NCBI GenBank assembly: GCA_965202585.1
Contig: OZ241827.1
Location: forward strand, 58,218,001 to 58,282,000
Origin: Thalia democratica
Lineage: Eukaryota
Direction: 5' to 3'
Length of the DNA: 64,000 nucleotides
In this document: positions 27,701-42,700 of the stretch, piece by piece
Position numbering within the stretch: the stretch's first letter is position 1
How the letters are laid out: each line of letters opens with the position of its first letter
Made by a program: the position numbers and the translations under genes
The notes under the pieces: model-generated
Database searches by the model: none
Told to the model about the DNA's origin: nothing
What the model saw: the letters and a program-made list of their open reading frames with translations, nothing else

Positions 27701-30700
27701 CAAACCGTGCAGTCGGAAGAGTTGACGATGCCGCTGAGCGGTACCAGCTTGGATCCTGGCGCGGATCCCGTCAGAGATCCATCTTCGTCCTGAAGAACGC
27801 CCTCGTGATCAAACTTCCAATGAACTTTTTTGTTCACGTTCGTCCATGATAACCCTGATATTTTAATGAACATTAAGATAGATTATAGGCTAGTTGAAAA
27901 AGTTTGCATGATAGGTTGGAAAGTTTTAACAATGAAAGCAGCCATGCTTAGATAAACAAACCTGTATTCATTTTTAAGTCAGTAAACAATCTTTTTGTAA
28001 AAACTTTCTAAAACAGCTTATTTTAACCAGTTATACTAAACAGGTGGTGCTTAGTAAAATAATTGGTTCAGTTTAGGCGATTCGACATAAACTCTATAGC
28101 TTTGAAAACGATTTTTACAAAACATAAACAATAAAACCTTTCATGACGTAGTAGAAACCGCCGCACAGTTCAGTGCAAGTACCGTCAATTGTTGTCATTT
28201 GGAAAGCCACACCTCCCCTGTTGAAGTTGTGAAATTCCACGTCTTCTACCGTCAACCCCGGTGACAGCGGCAACCTCTGTTGTTAAAAGTAATTTTTTCG
28301 TTTATTGATTCTGAGCAAAAAAACAATGGATAGGTAGAGAGTTTTAGCTTTTATAAACAAACTCGAATAAAATAGCAAAAGAGTAAATCAAATAAAATCA
28401 ATTAATAATACTTGAAAAATAAACAATAATTATCGTTTATAAAACAATACATCTTCACATAAAAACTTTCAACCAACACGCCTTTGCAACTTTAAAAGAT
28501 CATTTTTCAATTTTTTTTTAGTTTTAATAATTTTAAGAACTTAAAGTTTGCTGAAACTTAAAGTAGACAAAACTGTGAGTTCTCAAGCTCACCATGGCAA
28601 CGCGGGTTTCAAACCCGCTGGGAGAAATGGAGGCGTGGCCCACCATCAGCCCCCCTTTCACCATCGCCCCTTTCTCGTAACCGTACCCGGTGCCCTTGAT
28701 GAACTTCATGTCGATGGAGGCGGCCTCGTTGTTGACCATGACGAAGTCGTGGAACTGCATGGCGCTGCAGTCCACCCACTCGGCCCCCTTCTCGCTGTTC
28801 CAAGTCGTCAGGGAGTGGAACCTGGCCGGTGAGGGGACCGTTCCCGAGCAGCTGAATGGAAAATGGTTAATCAAAATAAGTGATTTTATAATTGTTGAGT
28901 TTATTTAACCGTTCCAGAGCAGCTGTGTGACGGAACTTGATCATGTATTGTTAGTATTTTTATGATTCTACTTTTTTTACCCAACACGACTTTAACGATC
29001 GAAAAAGCATTAATGAAGCGTGGATTTTGTATTTAAACTTACTTTAAGTTGATATTGAAATTTGAAAAGATTATAAACTTAATTTCAAGGCACCTAAATA
29101 GAAGTTTTTTATACAAAAATACAATGAAAGTGTTTTATTTTGGATGATATCTCTTAGGATTTTGTGAAGGTTTAAAAGTTAAAGTGTAATGTAGACATTG
29201 ATTTTTATCTTTTTGAAATAAGTTGGCAGTAAACTTTATGTTTTAGGTGGTTTCGTCATTGCGCTGCTAAAAAATACGTTCAGGAGTCAAAGTTCTTATT
29301 TTATGTTGGTACTTCAAGCAATCATAACTTTTAACCTTAATCTCCTTACAGTGAACATACACGAAACGCTAAATACACTTTTTTCAACGAACAACCAGCC
29401 TTTCTCTTGTTCAAACAACAATTACTTCAAACCTGCTGCCGACCACGGGAAAGTACGATTGGAACACCCACAGCCCGAACCACCCGTGCGAGTGTACCGT
29501 GTTGTTCCTGAAAATACCAAGTTCCACCTTCTGCTGGCAGACGTCAGGGGTGTAGGAGGGTCCGTCCGGGTTCCTGTGCATCCGGTACCAGAACCCGAAG
29601 TGGGTTCCGCCGGCCGCGTGGTTGCCGACTACCGTGTTGTTGGGGTTGGTGACCCAGTACGCGGCTGTTAGGGAGTTATTCAAGTTATTTAACATTTCTT
29701 GTATATATAAATGAGTTTTTCAGTTGACAGTTTTGGATGGCAACATTTGTTCGTTTTAAATTAAGACTTTGAAATTAACGTTGCTGCTTTATGATTAGAA
29801 CAGTTAAAGTCACGATTTTTAGTAAAATATTTAAATGCTTGTCTATGATTATGTTTATTGATTAACGTTTGTTTTATTTGTCGAAACTATTTTTGTTGCA
29901 ATACTAAATGTTTTAACCATATAACTTTTGAAAAAACTATTTTTACAAAAACCAATTCCGGCAGCCACAATTTTAATTATCATTTTTTTTAAATAAGAAA
30001 CGCAACAAACCAGGTGTCACGTCATCATTCAATAAAGAAGTGCTCTGCCTGCAGAAAATGGCCAGGTTGAACTGCATCACAATGCCCGTTTCAATTCCGT
30101 CCTCGATGAAGAAAGCTCCGCCCATGACGTCGTATATCACCGTTCTGTCTATTAGCAAGTTGTCCGTTCCTGTGAAAATAAAATGCATAAAAACAAAGCC
30201 TTGAAGCACTGGTTTAATGACTGCATGTTGTGTGTTTTCATATGCAGTCATGTGTAGCATCAATTAGTGTTTAGAGTGTAGAAAAGTATTGTATCGTTAA
30301 AATGCTAAAGAGTTGCAAATATATTAAACAAGGTATAATTAACTTAACACGAACCGTGTATGGCAACAGCCCGATTGAAAGTCTTGTGAATGGCACATCC
30401 TCTCACGTACATGCCAGTCACATCCCCCATCAGATGAAAGTGAATTGGGTACCTGCCAGATTGAGCAATAGTTACAAAACTTTAAATTGAAACAAAGTGT
30501 TCAAATAAAATAGAAGATCAGATTTGTTTTGAGAATTTTAACTTTAATTTTCATTTCAATGGTTCTACTTATGTTTACAAAGAATAAAAGTTCTTCTCAA
30601 AAAGTGTGTATAAAAGACATTGAATGCAACAATTCAAGGTATTCTCGTCATTGGATAAGTAGCAATAAATAAGAGATAAATTTAAAGTTATGTAGTAATA

Positions 30701-33700
30701 GTAGTAATTGTAATAATATACAATACTATACAGCGTTAACCAAAATAATATATTTAAAATAACTAAAAATTAACAAATTTTGGTCAAGTTTCAATTTACC
30801 TTCCCAGCCTGAAAGCCTGCCCGACGTAGGTGAGTTCAACGTATTCGATCCTGGCAACAGCTTCGAAGGAGTTCGCTTCTTTCGCGTGGATCATTACCGA
30901 CGCTCCGAACTGATCCGAACCCACTTCCTCCCCGAATCTTCCCTGAATTATAAAATATTGTCAGTTGATATAAAAGTTTCTACAAAAATGTCTTCGTCGC
31001 AGCAACGCGAAATCGTACGTTGAACTTGCATGAGAATGTTTAGAAATTTAAACTTGTCAAAATGGTTCAGTTAACTAATTAAGCTAGTTTATCATATATC
31101 TAATTAATTTATATTATAGTATGTATAATATTTATAATGAAACCATAATTGTGCAAACAAAAATAATTTGATTACAAAGTGTCTTTATTTACTTAAATTA
31201 TCCATTTTGTTTTCCATTTGTTTCAATAGTATTTTAGTATAAATATTGATTACTTTACACTGACCATTTATTGCGCTAATTACTTTCTTAGTTTTAACTT
31301 TTTTTGCTTTTGGGAAATAAATTATTAATAATTTTATGTTTTGTTCTACTGTAAGTTTCTGATGAAAAGTAGAGAAATACGTATCTAACTGTCACAAAAA
31401 ACTTCAGAGAGTGTTTTATAATTGTTACGTATTTACTTAAAATCTAATAATGTTTAAAAAATATCTTATTAGTTATATAATTGTTATCACTTAACTTACA
31501 GATTCACGTTCAGACCACGTACCATACTACAAACTTTAAAACTGTTTTACCTCAGCTTTCCTAAATATTAACAACAGGCTAAGAAGATAAAAAATAGGAA
31601 AACATACAGAATGGTAAAAATATCTTTGTTAAAGATATAAAAAAAAACATTACACTATATAGTAAATAAAATGATAATGTGAAAAATTTTCATCGCATTA
31701 AGATAAGCTGAAAGATACAAACTCGGCTATAATAAATTATATTAAAACATTGTCAACTCATGCAACAAATAACCTGGAAGCAAGTTTGTGTGGCAAACTC
31801 CCCCGTGTCGAAACCTTCCTCGCACGCGGGAACGTCATCCTGCCAAGCAGGGTCGTTCGAGCCCCTGACGACAATGTTCCTTGACAACAGTCCGACCTCG
31901 GCTGAAAAAAAAAATTGATGAAAACATTGTTTCTCACCCCAGTGTAGATAAGTAAGCGGGTTATTTTTTACCTCTGAACTCTACGGTGTGTGTCCCGAAC
32001 GTTTCGTCGATTCCCAAGTGCTCGTATTCCAACGGCTCGTCCAACGTTAAAGTTCTTTTATCTACCGTAAAATGTTGAAATATAAGGTCGTTCAAAGTTT
32101 TAATGTGGATGTTGTGTGAAAACTAAACTTTTGAACATCTTCAAAATTTAAATAGCTTATACTTAAAAAAGTTGTTTGTTTGCAAACACGTCTAAACAAG
32201 TCAATGTGATAATTTAAAAGCTGCTATTCAGTAAACGTCGACTAGTGAAACAACGCACCGGACGATATTGCTGTTATTTTTCTCTTCTCGTTTTCTATTT
32301 GCGAGTGCCTGTGACCGGTCGACGCTATCGCAATTTCGTCACCCACTCGCCAGTTGACAGGGTGCTGAATCGTTATCTGGAAAATATTAAAAAGTTTAAC
32401 TTTACTAAAAATGTGTAGAAACAAACTGCCAATCAAGACACGTTAAAATTTTCAAACATGGGTTTTTAAATAAATTGAGACGACACAAAGCAGTTATAGT
32501 TTCTTCGTAGCGAACATAATATATAAAAATTAAGTGCTTTGTTTAAATATCAACCAATCAAAGTAGAAAACGAATTAACTATATGTGTCCTAGAAGATAA
32601 ACGCCTAGTTGCGTTTTTTACGCAAAACAAAACTACTCTGCTTAGATTAAGCTTTTGTGCTTGAAATGATTTTAAAGCAAGACTCATAATATAATTTTAG
32701 AGATGAGCTTGCCAACAAGTCCGCATTTGAACGCCACACAACCTACATGTTTCAAAAAAGTAAAAGCAAAGATGTCAGTAACTCAAAACAAGCTAAATAA
32801 ATTAGAAAAAAAAAAGTACAACTTGTAATTGTTTTTCATCATAACACAAAATTTTAAAATCTAGCGTTTTTGTATGAACATCGAACAAAAGCATAAAACT
32901 ATGCTTTTGTTCGATGTTAAGAACCACATTGTTAAAAAATGTAACTCATACCTGGCTGCTTCCCTTCGCCGCCGTCTCGTCCAGCTTGGACCACGTGAAC
33001 GGAATGTGCCGGCCGTGCAAGTCCAAAACGCCGTCCCTCACTCCCAGCGTCTTCGCTCCGTATATGGGAAGCTCCGGCGATCTCAGCTGGCCGTACAGCA
33101 CGATCTCCGTGTTCCTCTCGTAAGGCTCGTCTTCCGTCCCAACCTGAAAGTTTGAAAGTCTTTTTTTTTTCTTTGACTGTGATCGTTTTGAATTGGTTGT
33201 TGTAGAGGCTTTAGAGAATTGTAAATTTATAGATTTCGTAAAGGGTTAAATACGCTAAAAACTAAATGTAAAACTTGCAGCTCTTAAAAAATAGTTATAA
33301 TAATAGAAAATGGTGGCTTTTAAAGAAAGAAATTACGAAACAGCTAACTACCACAAAGCCTTTAAACTTAGCTCAGTTGTCAAACAAACATCAAACCTGC
33401 AAGACTCCCCCGTTGGTGATCAGGATGTTTTCTGCGTGCAGCGAAACGTCGTTTTCGTCGTCGAAAATCAACTTTCCTCCGTCAATGAGCAGCATCACCA
33501 GAACTTCAGTGTGCGTGTCGAGCAGTACTGTTTTGCCCTGCAAAAATATCACTGCTTGAGTAAACTAAATATATTTTATTTTTGGCCGAACTTTCAATTC
33601 AAATTTTATGTCAAAATGAGGAACTTACTTTTTAAAAAAAAATACTTTTTCATTTTAATACTTTTTATTTTTTTTTTAATTTATGGTTGTATAACACCAT

Positions 33701-36700
33701 GGCTTATTATTTTATTATTAATTAGCAGTAACAGCTTTGTCTCTCATTTAAGTATATTTTGCATTAATTTTAGTCTCTAAAACATAGGCTAGTTTATGTT
33801 TACATTCAAAAGCTTTAGTATAACATACCAGCCAAACAGACTTTAAATTAATGTCGATAAACTATACTTGTTTGTTAAGTATAAGACTGTATAGCCAATG
33901 TGCTACTTATATGATTAAACACTTCACTTTTTTTTTAGAAACTTTCAAATAATGATAATAGTTATACTATGAGTCACAATAACTTTGCATACTTATGCAT
34001 TTATCAAAAAAACCTATCATTTATTTAATAGACCTATCATTTTTAATTTGTTTTACTGTTGAAGTTAAAAAAACATTTAGCAATTTTTATTTTTCACAAC
34101 TACATTACAATTATAGGGATGACAAACAAAACAAAAAGCCACTAATCAGCTGAAAACTTATTTCAATTCACTCATTGACTCTGAAACAGCTGAAACGAAC
34201 TTTAGGAATGACAACGAAGTCTTTGGTGGTTGGCACGGGCGTTCCTCCCCAAGTGAAGGTCGACGACCACGTGTCTATGTAGTAGAAGTAGGCCGAATCC
34301 TGCCTCGCTATCCCCGTACCTGACAACATCACTTCCACCTATGTTCGTTTCATTATTTTTCATTGTACGAAAAATTTAAATGTAGGTTTAAACACCTTTT
34401 TGTTTCTAACACTCGCTAAGAGCTCGGTATGCTTTAACCAAAAAAATTGCATTCATCCGAGTTAACTTTTTTACAAGCAATCGTTGGTAATCAAAACAAC
34501 TGCACTAATTTCTTATGTACCGTTGAAACAAAAGTGGTCGCTACTTACTTGAGTTTCAATGGTTCCCTGCTCTCTGGCTCCAGTAATGCACGTGATTTCA
34601 GTATCTGAACTTGACTCAATTTCGCAATTAACTCCTCCGATTGTTACGTCGGCTTCCATGGGTGCAGATCTAATAACATAATGTTAAAATTTTTATAAAA
34701 TGCTGGTGAACTTGTTTTTAAATTTCAAGGTTGAAAAAGTGTACTAAAAGTTGATTTGAACGGATAAAATAACCAAATACTAATGTTTCTTACGTCTAGA
34801 AATAGTGCTTTTCATAATTTTCTTTTAGTGAAATTTATCTATCTTACCTATTTTCAATCAAAATCAGTCAAAACACCATCACTTAGTATTAAATAAATTT
34901 TATTAACTGCCATTCATTAAATGCAACGATGCAAAACTTTTTAGAACATAAAAATAGCATTTTACTTAAAAACACTTCAACTTTTTTGAACAACGACAAA
35001 CAGTCCGAAGTTGGTCCCTGTTATAGTGACCCTGGTCCCGCCGCCGGTGCCGCCCCTCTGAGGAGAAACCGCCGTCACCACCGCCGTTTTGTCCTGGTCG
35101 TACACGAAAGAGGCTACCGCTGTCAGGTTTCCCGGGCTCGTTACAACGACTTCAGCTTCCACGGATTCTGTTGTTTTTGTATCGGTATGTTTGTGTTAGT
35201 GAATAGCTAAAAGTTTAATTTCTATTTTCAAGCTGCCGAACTGTGATTTCAATCACGTTTGTTTTTGTTAAAAAAAAATTTTGCAGCTACTTGATTTCAC
35301 GCAAAAGTTAAAGCCGCACTATTTTGCCCGCTAAAACTTTCTTGTGAAACTCAGCCCACAAAGTTCTAATGAGCTCGTTGTAAACAAAAACTATCAAAAC
35401 AGCTCACGAGCCGATTGGTCGTTGCTCATGGCCGGGGTCAGACATGTGATGTACCCGTAAGTGACGCTGGTTATTTCGCACATCCGGCCTCCGATTGTGA
35501 CGACGGTGTGTTCCGAAAAACCGTCGCCGATCACCGTCACCTCCAGATTGCCTCCGAAACTTCCTGCGAAGCGTTATTTGTTTAAAATTAGTTTGAAAAA
35601 AACCTTAGGTAGTGCCTTATAAAAATGTAAAAAGTTTTCAAGTATTTATAATTAATATGTGTTCTACTTCCTATAGAATAATAATCAATTTTGATAATCT
35701 TTTTATCAATAGTAGCTGAACATGTTTACAAAATCAAACAGCATATACGCTTATGATAGTTTTGATGGAAAACATTTTAAAGTAAGCATTAAATTATGTA
35801 CTTTGTAACAGATGTTAAACTATTAATTTTAAAGTTTTTAAAAAAAAGGTAACCGGTATCAGGTGTGATCATGATAATTTTCAGTGTATAGGTGAAAGCA
35901 ACGTCGACCGAGGCAAGTCCTTTTGACGGTATGTACATCTAAAAAGTTAACAATTAAGCTCGTGCAGACCGTTTTAAATAAACACTAAACGAATTCGAGA
36001 AAAACTAAAACAATTTTTTTCTAGTCCCCTATCGCGTCTGCTGCGGCCCAAGGCAGAGTTTCGCAACTTGCCAAAACAACCAAAGCTTTCTCACCCGAAC
36101 GTCTAGCGGACCAGCTTCGTACTCCTTCAAGGTGGCGACGATGTGCGTGTCGTTGATCGTGGTAATTTTGGCGAAGGGGATTCCCGGTTTGTCGTTGGTC
36201 GACAGCACGACGCCGGTCGAGTCGTTGCCGAAGTTGGCGCCGACGATCGTTATCTCGTCAAGCTGGATCCCTGTTTTGTTGAAAACAAAAACGTTTAAGA
36301 TTAAAGGCAATGAAATATTTTGTTTCAGTCATTGCTATTAGTTTTGCTTTGGTGTAATTTTCTTCAACAATATAACTATGATCGTATGAACATTTTACAA
36401 TCATACAAACTATGTTGTTATACAACAGCACTTTCAATCAATAGATTAAACGCGAAACACGATACCATCATTGCAACATGAAAGTAATGTTTGAATACCT
36501 GACGAGGGTTGGATGCTGGTAACGGCGGGAGTTTCGGAGTCGGAGTAAGTGAACCTGGGCAGCTCGTTGTACCTGATCCCGTTCGAACTCACCTGCACGT
36601 TGCCCACCATCTGAGGGGATTTCCCCGTGACGCAAACAATTGTGTCGAGGGTGACGGACTTCACGTGGCAGTCGACGTACTTTATTTTCACCCAGAACCC

Positions 36701-39700
36701 GTCGTCCTGAACGAATCCGTTTCCTGAAATATATATATATGTACATTTTGTGTGAATTTTTTATGTTGGTTTATCGAGTGGCAGGAAAATATTAATAGAT
36801 AACGCTCTATAACAAACTGTTGAAAACTAGCTGGCGCTCATTTTTAGCGTAAATTAAACTTTTAAAAAGATAACTATGTATGAGTTGCTAGAAATTTTTT
36901 TTTTATGAAAGTATAGAAGATACATTTTTGACAAATTTTTTTTTTCTATTTTAAAGTAAAAAGTCGATTAGCAAAACTGACTGAACTAAGATGATGATAA
37001 TCACTAATTATTACACCCGAACCTTTTATGATGATTTCGAATTTAGTTTTCATCGGCCTTTGAAAGAACTTTATAAGCTAACTAGCGCTCATTCATTAGT
37101 GTAAGCTAACAAACATATTAAACGAAAGTCTTGAAACAGTTATCAGTTTTTAAAACTCATCAAAAATTTATGTTCAAAACCCATTGTTTTATTTTCCGCA
37201 ACAAGCAAAGATCGAGCTGAAACAGCATTGAGCGCGTTCAAGCGTTGCACCCAAACCTTTTATGGTGATTTCGGTCCCTCCCTCCACGCTGCCCGTGTCC
37301 GGCTCCACCGAAAGTATGTCGTTCCTGCTCACCACCTCCTCGCTCAACCCGTCCTCGAACTCCGCCAGACCTGAGTGAGACAATGGGTTCAAAAATTCAA
37401 ACAAGCTAATGTGTGATACGTGACATTGATTGAAAATACACACGTGATACGTTTGGTACAGTTTTCAATAAAGGCTTGGGTCGTTTAAATTTACAAGAAA
37501 AAGAATAAAAAAAATTGAAAGTTTTTTTTCGTAAATTTTAAATATACCTTTTCCTATGATGTGAACTTTTAAGTTATGTGATCCAACTGGCAGTAATGAG
37601 TTCAGAGTGCAAACAAAATTTCCATTCGTTACTGCGGCCGGTGTGCACTCATGGTCTTCGCCAATGTGCACCCTTATGTTTGTAGGATCTTCGCCAAAAC
37701 CTTATTAAAACAACTAGTATAAATAAAAAATGAGTTCAAGCTTTTGTCACTGGTGTTTAAGAATTAAGCGTAGATGGAACAATTTAAAGTTCTGTTTTTA
37801 TTCTACAGTGTTAGAGAAAATACAACAACTAAATTTTTTAAGTCACTGACTTATAAACTTTGTGAAGTACTACATAAACAAAAATGTAACTTTATTAAGT
37901 TAATTATAATTTAAGTTTATAAATGTTTGCTTATGAAGTTTTTTTTACTTATTTAATATGTAGCATTTTATCGCTACCTTATGACTTAACTACAAAAACA
38001 TATTAACACATGATAAAAAATCAAAGCCGTTCGTAAACACTAAAGGAAAATCTTTAATACCAAAGTGAGCAATTCAACGTCAGCTGTTACAGTAAAAAAA
38101 AAGTTTTAATTTTTTACTTTTAATGTTTAAACTTCATACCTGTGCCAGTGACGTTTATCGAGTATGAGACGTAATCGTCCGTCACAATGACGTCGGTGAC
38201 TTTGGGCGTGGACGAATCTGAATATTCGAACTTTTGATCAGTGTTGTTCACCTGTACTCCGCTGATGAAATGTAGAAACGTTTAAACAATCTTATAACGT
38301 TGACTTTTGTTGTATGGATGTTTAGTGTATAGTTTTCAATCTCACAGCAAGTTTATTATTGTAAACTAAACAGTTCTAAGTTTGAAAGTGTAGTGAAGCT
38401 TTTAAAAACTAATAAGTCAACAACAGAAAAGCCGAATAATTAAACTAAAACTTTTTATTATATAAACTTTAAAAATAAAATATAGGTTAAAGATTTTAGA
38501 ATCATAAGTTAAACACAGCTTTAAAATCAAAATATTAAAACTCTCCAGAGACAAAATTGTTAATTTGAATTTAAAAGCAACTGAAAAAAAAATTTTTTTT
38601 TTTATTTTCTCACCTCTCAACGACAAAAACATCGAAGGTCTTTTCTCCCGCGAACTCGGGTGTCTCGCATTCAATAGTGTCGTATGAAGCTTGCAGCACG
38701 CGACATTCCAACAGGGAACCGATCAACACCCGGCTTCCAGCTGAGAATCCCGAACCCTGACGTTTTTGTTCACTTTTTAGTCATGTTTATATACTAGAAG
38801 GTTAGTTTGTTATTATTTTTATAAGAACTTGTTTTAAACAGCCATTTTGCCCGGTTGTTGGAGCACAAATACTGCAAGCAATAGAGCTAACTGTAAAGTT
38901 TTAACTGTTTGCATCTTGGCAAAAACCAACAAAATGTTTCAAAAACGGGAAAGCCCACGAACCTGTATGGACAAAACGGTTCCGCCCACTTGCGAACCCT
39001 GGCTAGGCAAAACTGTGTCGACTCTGGGGTGAACGACGACGCTCCTCCTCTCCAATTCTCTCGCTCGTATCAGGGAATTTCCCTTTGGTGTGCTCACCAC
39101 CACCTCGTGCCGGCCTGTGTGACGTCACAACAGAGTTTAAAACAATAAGTTCTTTACTGATAATAGTTTTTTTTTTAAGCTGTTGTTGTTGCTGTAAAAA
39201 CTTAAAAAGCCCCGTTAGTAAACCATGTTGACTTTAGAATGTTCTGTGAAGTAAGTAAAGAAGATAAAAATTACTGCTGGATAAAAGTTAATGATAATTT
39301 TCACTCTAAGTATTAAATATGTCATTTAGTGATCTCTATTTTAAATTCTAAGTTAATTTATTTTCAAGTTATACTTCGTTTTAAAACTAAAAAGTAGTTT
39401 TTCATAAGTTCAAAACTAAGCGTGCGCTGGTATTTCAAGAAACAATTTTTTTTTAATACATTTGAAGTCATTTTTTAAAGACAGGAAACAAGTCATTGTT
39501 GAAAACGTTTAAAGTTGTAACAAAAAACCCACCAACAGCCAGTTGACTGTCAGAAGGCAGCTGGCACTTGAAACTGTCAATGTATCCCGTCCAAGGTCCA
39601 CCTTGCACCCGCACCTCAGATCCGCACACCAAGTCCACGCCCCCCACCGTCACGCTCGGACTCTCGTCGATGTTTTCAACTGGTGACATGAAATTTAAGT

Positions 39701-42700
39701 GTTGCATTTAGTGAATATTATGCTTCAAGTATACATATTATTTATTGCATAGTCTATTTTCAGCACAATTTGTTTTGAAAAATGCTAGTTTAATATGATC
39801 TCTCAAAACTAATTTAGTAACGGCAGGGTAGTTTAATGTAACTAGTCAAGGTTTAAAAAGCTTTTGTACCTTCGAACGTGATCTCAGTTTGGCGATCAAC
39901 AGTTAATGGTGATATAGAGGTTATGATTCCAGTTTGTTCCATGCTAGACTCCACAGTGATATTCTGTAGTTTTATAAACATATATTTTACTTAAAATTTG
40001 TAACATATAAATGAAATTTAAAGTTCAAAGCCATGATTAGGTTTTTAATCTTTGATTAGTTTTTTTTTGACATACAGTATTTTAAAATGTTAGTCTCACA
40101 ACAACCTAGTTTTCTTGAAGCCTTCAAACATTTGTTTTAAGTAAAAAATAAGGTATATGTATTATATATATGTTTTTTCGACTTAATCTTTGTTACAACA
40201 TACTTTACCTAGAATACTACTTAATAACAACTCTTTAACCAAATATTTCGGTTATAGAACAATACTTCACGTATTATCAGATTATCAGAGATCTTCAGTT
40301 GTAGTTAAACTTTAGAAATATAAAGTAATAAATATAGACATCAAGGGTTAAACTAAACTTAAAACTAAATATTTGACGAAGCCATTTTACTATTTATTGT
40401 AAAACTCAAACGCAAAACGAACCCCGATCTTCTCAGCTTCGGGGTTTACCCAAACAGTGACGTCATAGCTGATTGGCTGTCGCTCGGTGACGACGATGCT
40501 GCCGCCCATTTCGCTCCAGTCCCAAATGAGCGACTTGTAGTAGATGGTGCCCGGCTCCGTCACCCTGTACTTGAACGAACCTGAAAACAATTCATTGTGA
40601 GTCGTTTGTTTCTTTTAGTCATCTGACGCTCAATGCAGTTAGCTATTTATCCTAAGGATTTTGGAACTTTGATGTATGTTTTGCTCACATCAACTTTAAG
40701 TAAAACCCTACTTTTCTATGTTTGTGCTCAGCAACAACTGCAACCAAAGGTTAATTGTTCAACTGCAATTTAGCTTCAAACGTTTTTACAACAAAAAGCT
40801 GAAACGCTTAAGCGCACCGGGCAGTTCAAGCAAAGGCACGAGATTCGGTATTATAAATTTTCAAACCTTTCCTGGTGGGCGGCACGTTGAACCCGTTTCC
40901 GTCGTGCTCCTGGGTGACGGGGTCGGAAGTGGTGAAGGGCCCGATGACGACGTACTGGATGCCTTGGGGCAGCTCCCACGCGAACTCGATCTCGTCGCCC
41001 ACCTGGGCGCGGGTGACCTGCGGGTTCCACGCGAACCCCAGCCCGTAACCTGCGAAAATTCGTTGTTACGCAAGTTTTGTGTAGCAACAAAAAAAGGTTT
41101 GGGTTTTGAACTAGAGTTGTTGTTGTTCTATGACAGCGGCTGTCTTTATTCAAATTAGACTATTTTTGAGACAATTGTAGCTTTTTTAAGCAACACAAAG
41201 AAACTCTTATGCTAACCGATTTCTTTACTAAACGCGTTTCCAGTCTCAAAACAGCTTTAAATTAGTAAAAATTTACCAAAAGTGTGGCAAACTACTGAGA
41301 TTGTGACTAACTTTTGTGTGACCCCTGGTTGTCGACTCGGTGGGTTTTGGTGGCGGGCGAAGTAGTGCACTTTGCGATGCCGCTTCCCACGCTGTACAGC
41401 TCGCACGGGGAATCCCCTACTTTTACTTGCACGTCATCGGCGAGACCTTCGCCCCAAATTGTCAGCAGCGCCCCGCCCATCACCGACTGCTTCTTCGGCT
41501 CCACGTCAGTTATCCTGAACGGGTACTCGATGAGGTCCCTGAAAAGCAGCGTTTTAATTTTTTTTTTTTCATAAAGCTTTTATGCTGAGCAACAACAAAA
41601 AAAAAACAATCTAAACCTTTTCTTTTTTATTTTTGTCTTTCTTCAAACAAAATAAAAACTCACTTGGCGACGTGCGGACAGCCGTCGCCGTCTACGTTGA
41701 CGACGAGCTCGTGGTTGCCTGGCAGCAGCTTTGGGGTGCTCAGCACGATCTCGTCGGCGCTCCAAGTGGTGACATTTGCCGGGACGCCGCCCACCGTCAC
41801 CGTTCCGTTTGCGCCCAAGTTTTCACCGGATATCGTTATGGTGGTGCCTACAGTGAGTTAAAGTAAAATACTGTTTAAGTTACAGTTAAGCCTATAAAAA
41901 ATAATTGTTTAAAAATGCGCCCGTGAAAGTTAGTAACACGCACACTGGTTCAAAAGTTAAAAAATTTATAAACAGTTTATTAACTAATACTTCTAACATA
42001 TTTTTTTTTACATTTCACGAACCCCCTGATCTGGCAGACACTTTCGGATTCACGCCGATCAGTTTCGCGCCCGAGCCGCTGAAATCAGTAATTGGAGGCA
42101 CTTCCGTTTGCAGGTGGATCCGACCCGCTGAAATAATTTCAATGAACGTGGGATCGGGCAGCGCGCTGACGTCACCCATTATGACGCAGGTCACTTCCGA
42201 GAAGTTTTTTGCTATGACGTCACAATCGAACACGTCGCCCACCCGCACGGTGACGTTGCCTTCTGGCGGCACGAGACCTGAAACGTGTTTGTGACGTAAC
42301 AATGCAGGCCAAATTAGCTGGCATTTAACTTGCGAGCAAAGTTTACTTGTTTAATGATTATTGATCTTTCAACTTAAATTTTAAAAGCTGTCTGTTAGCA
42401 TTTAAAAGAAAGCCAACATGTTTAAAATCTAAAAATACCAGCATCAGTTTTCATTGAAAAACTTTATTTAATTTTTTCTCTATTCTAAGATGTCTACAAA
42501 GAGCATTACTAAAAGTTGTAAACAAAAAAACAATTATTTCATAACTAAAAACATCATTTATAAGTACTTTAAATAAATATCAAACCCTTTCCAGTAATAA
42601 AAAGCAAGGTTTGACACCCGTTGCCTGCATCGACTGATTGAATGAATTCTATTCCTCCGGTAACGTTTACTTTGTCGCTGACGGTAAATGTTGCTCTTCC

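Noticed and set aside
28548-42294. Long plus-strand ORFs in the track (e.g. 28548-28832, 29303-29671, 33310-33780, 40718-41158, 41905-42294) as nested genes
   Set aside because: They are antisense shadows of GC-rich fibrocystin exons extended into AT-rich intron; no coherent product or splice structure.
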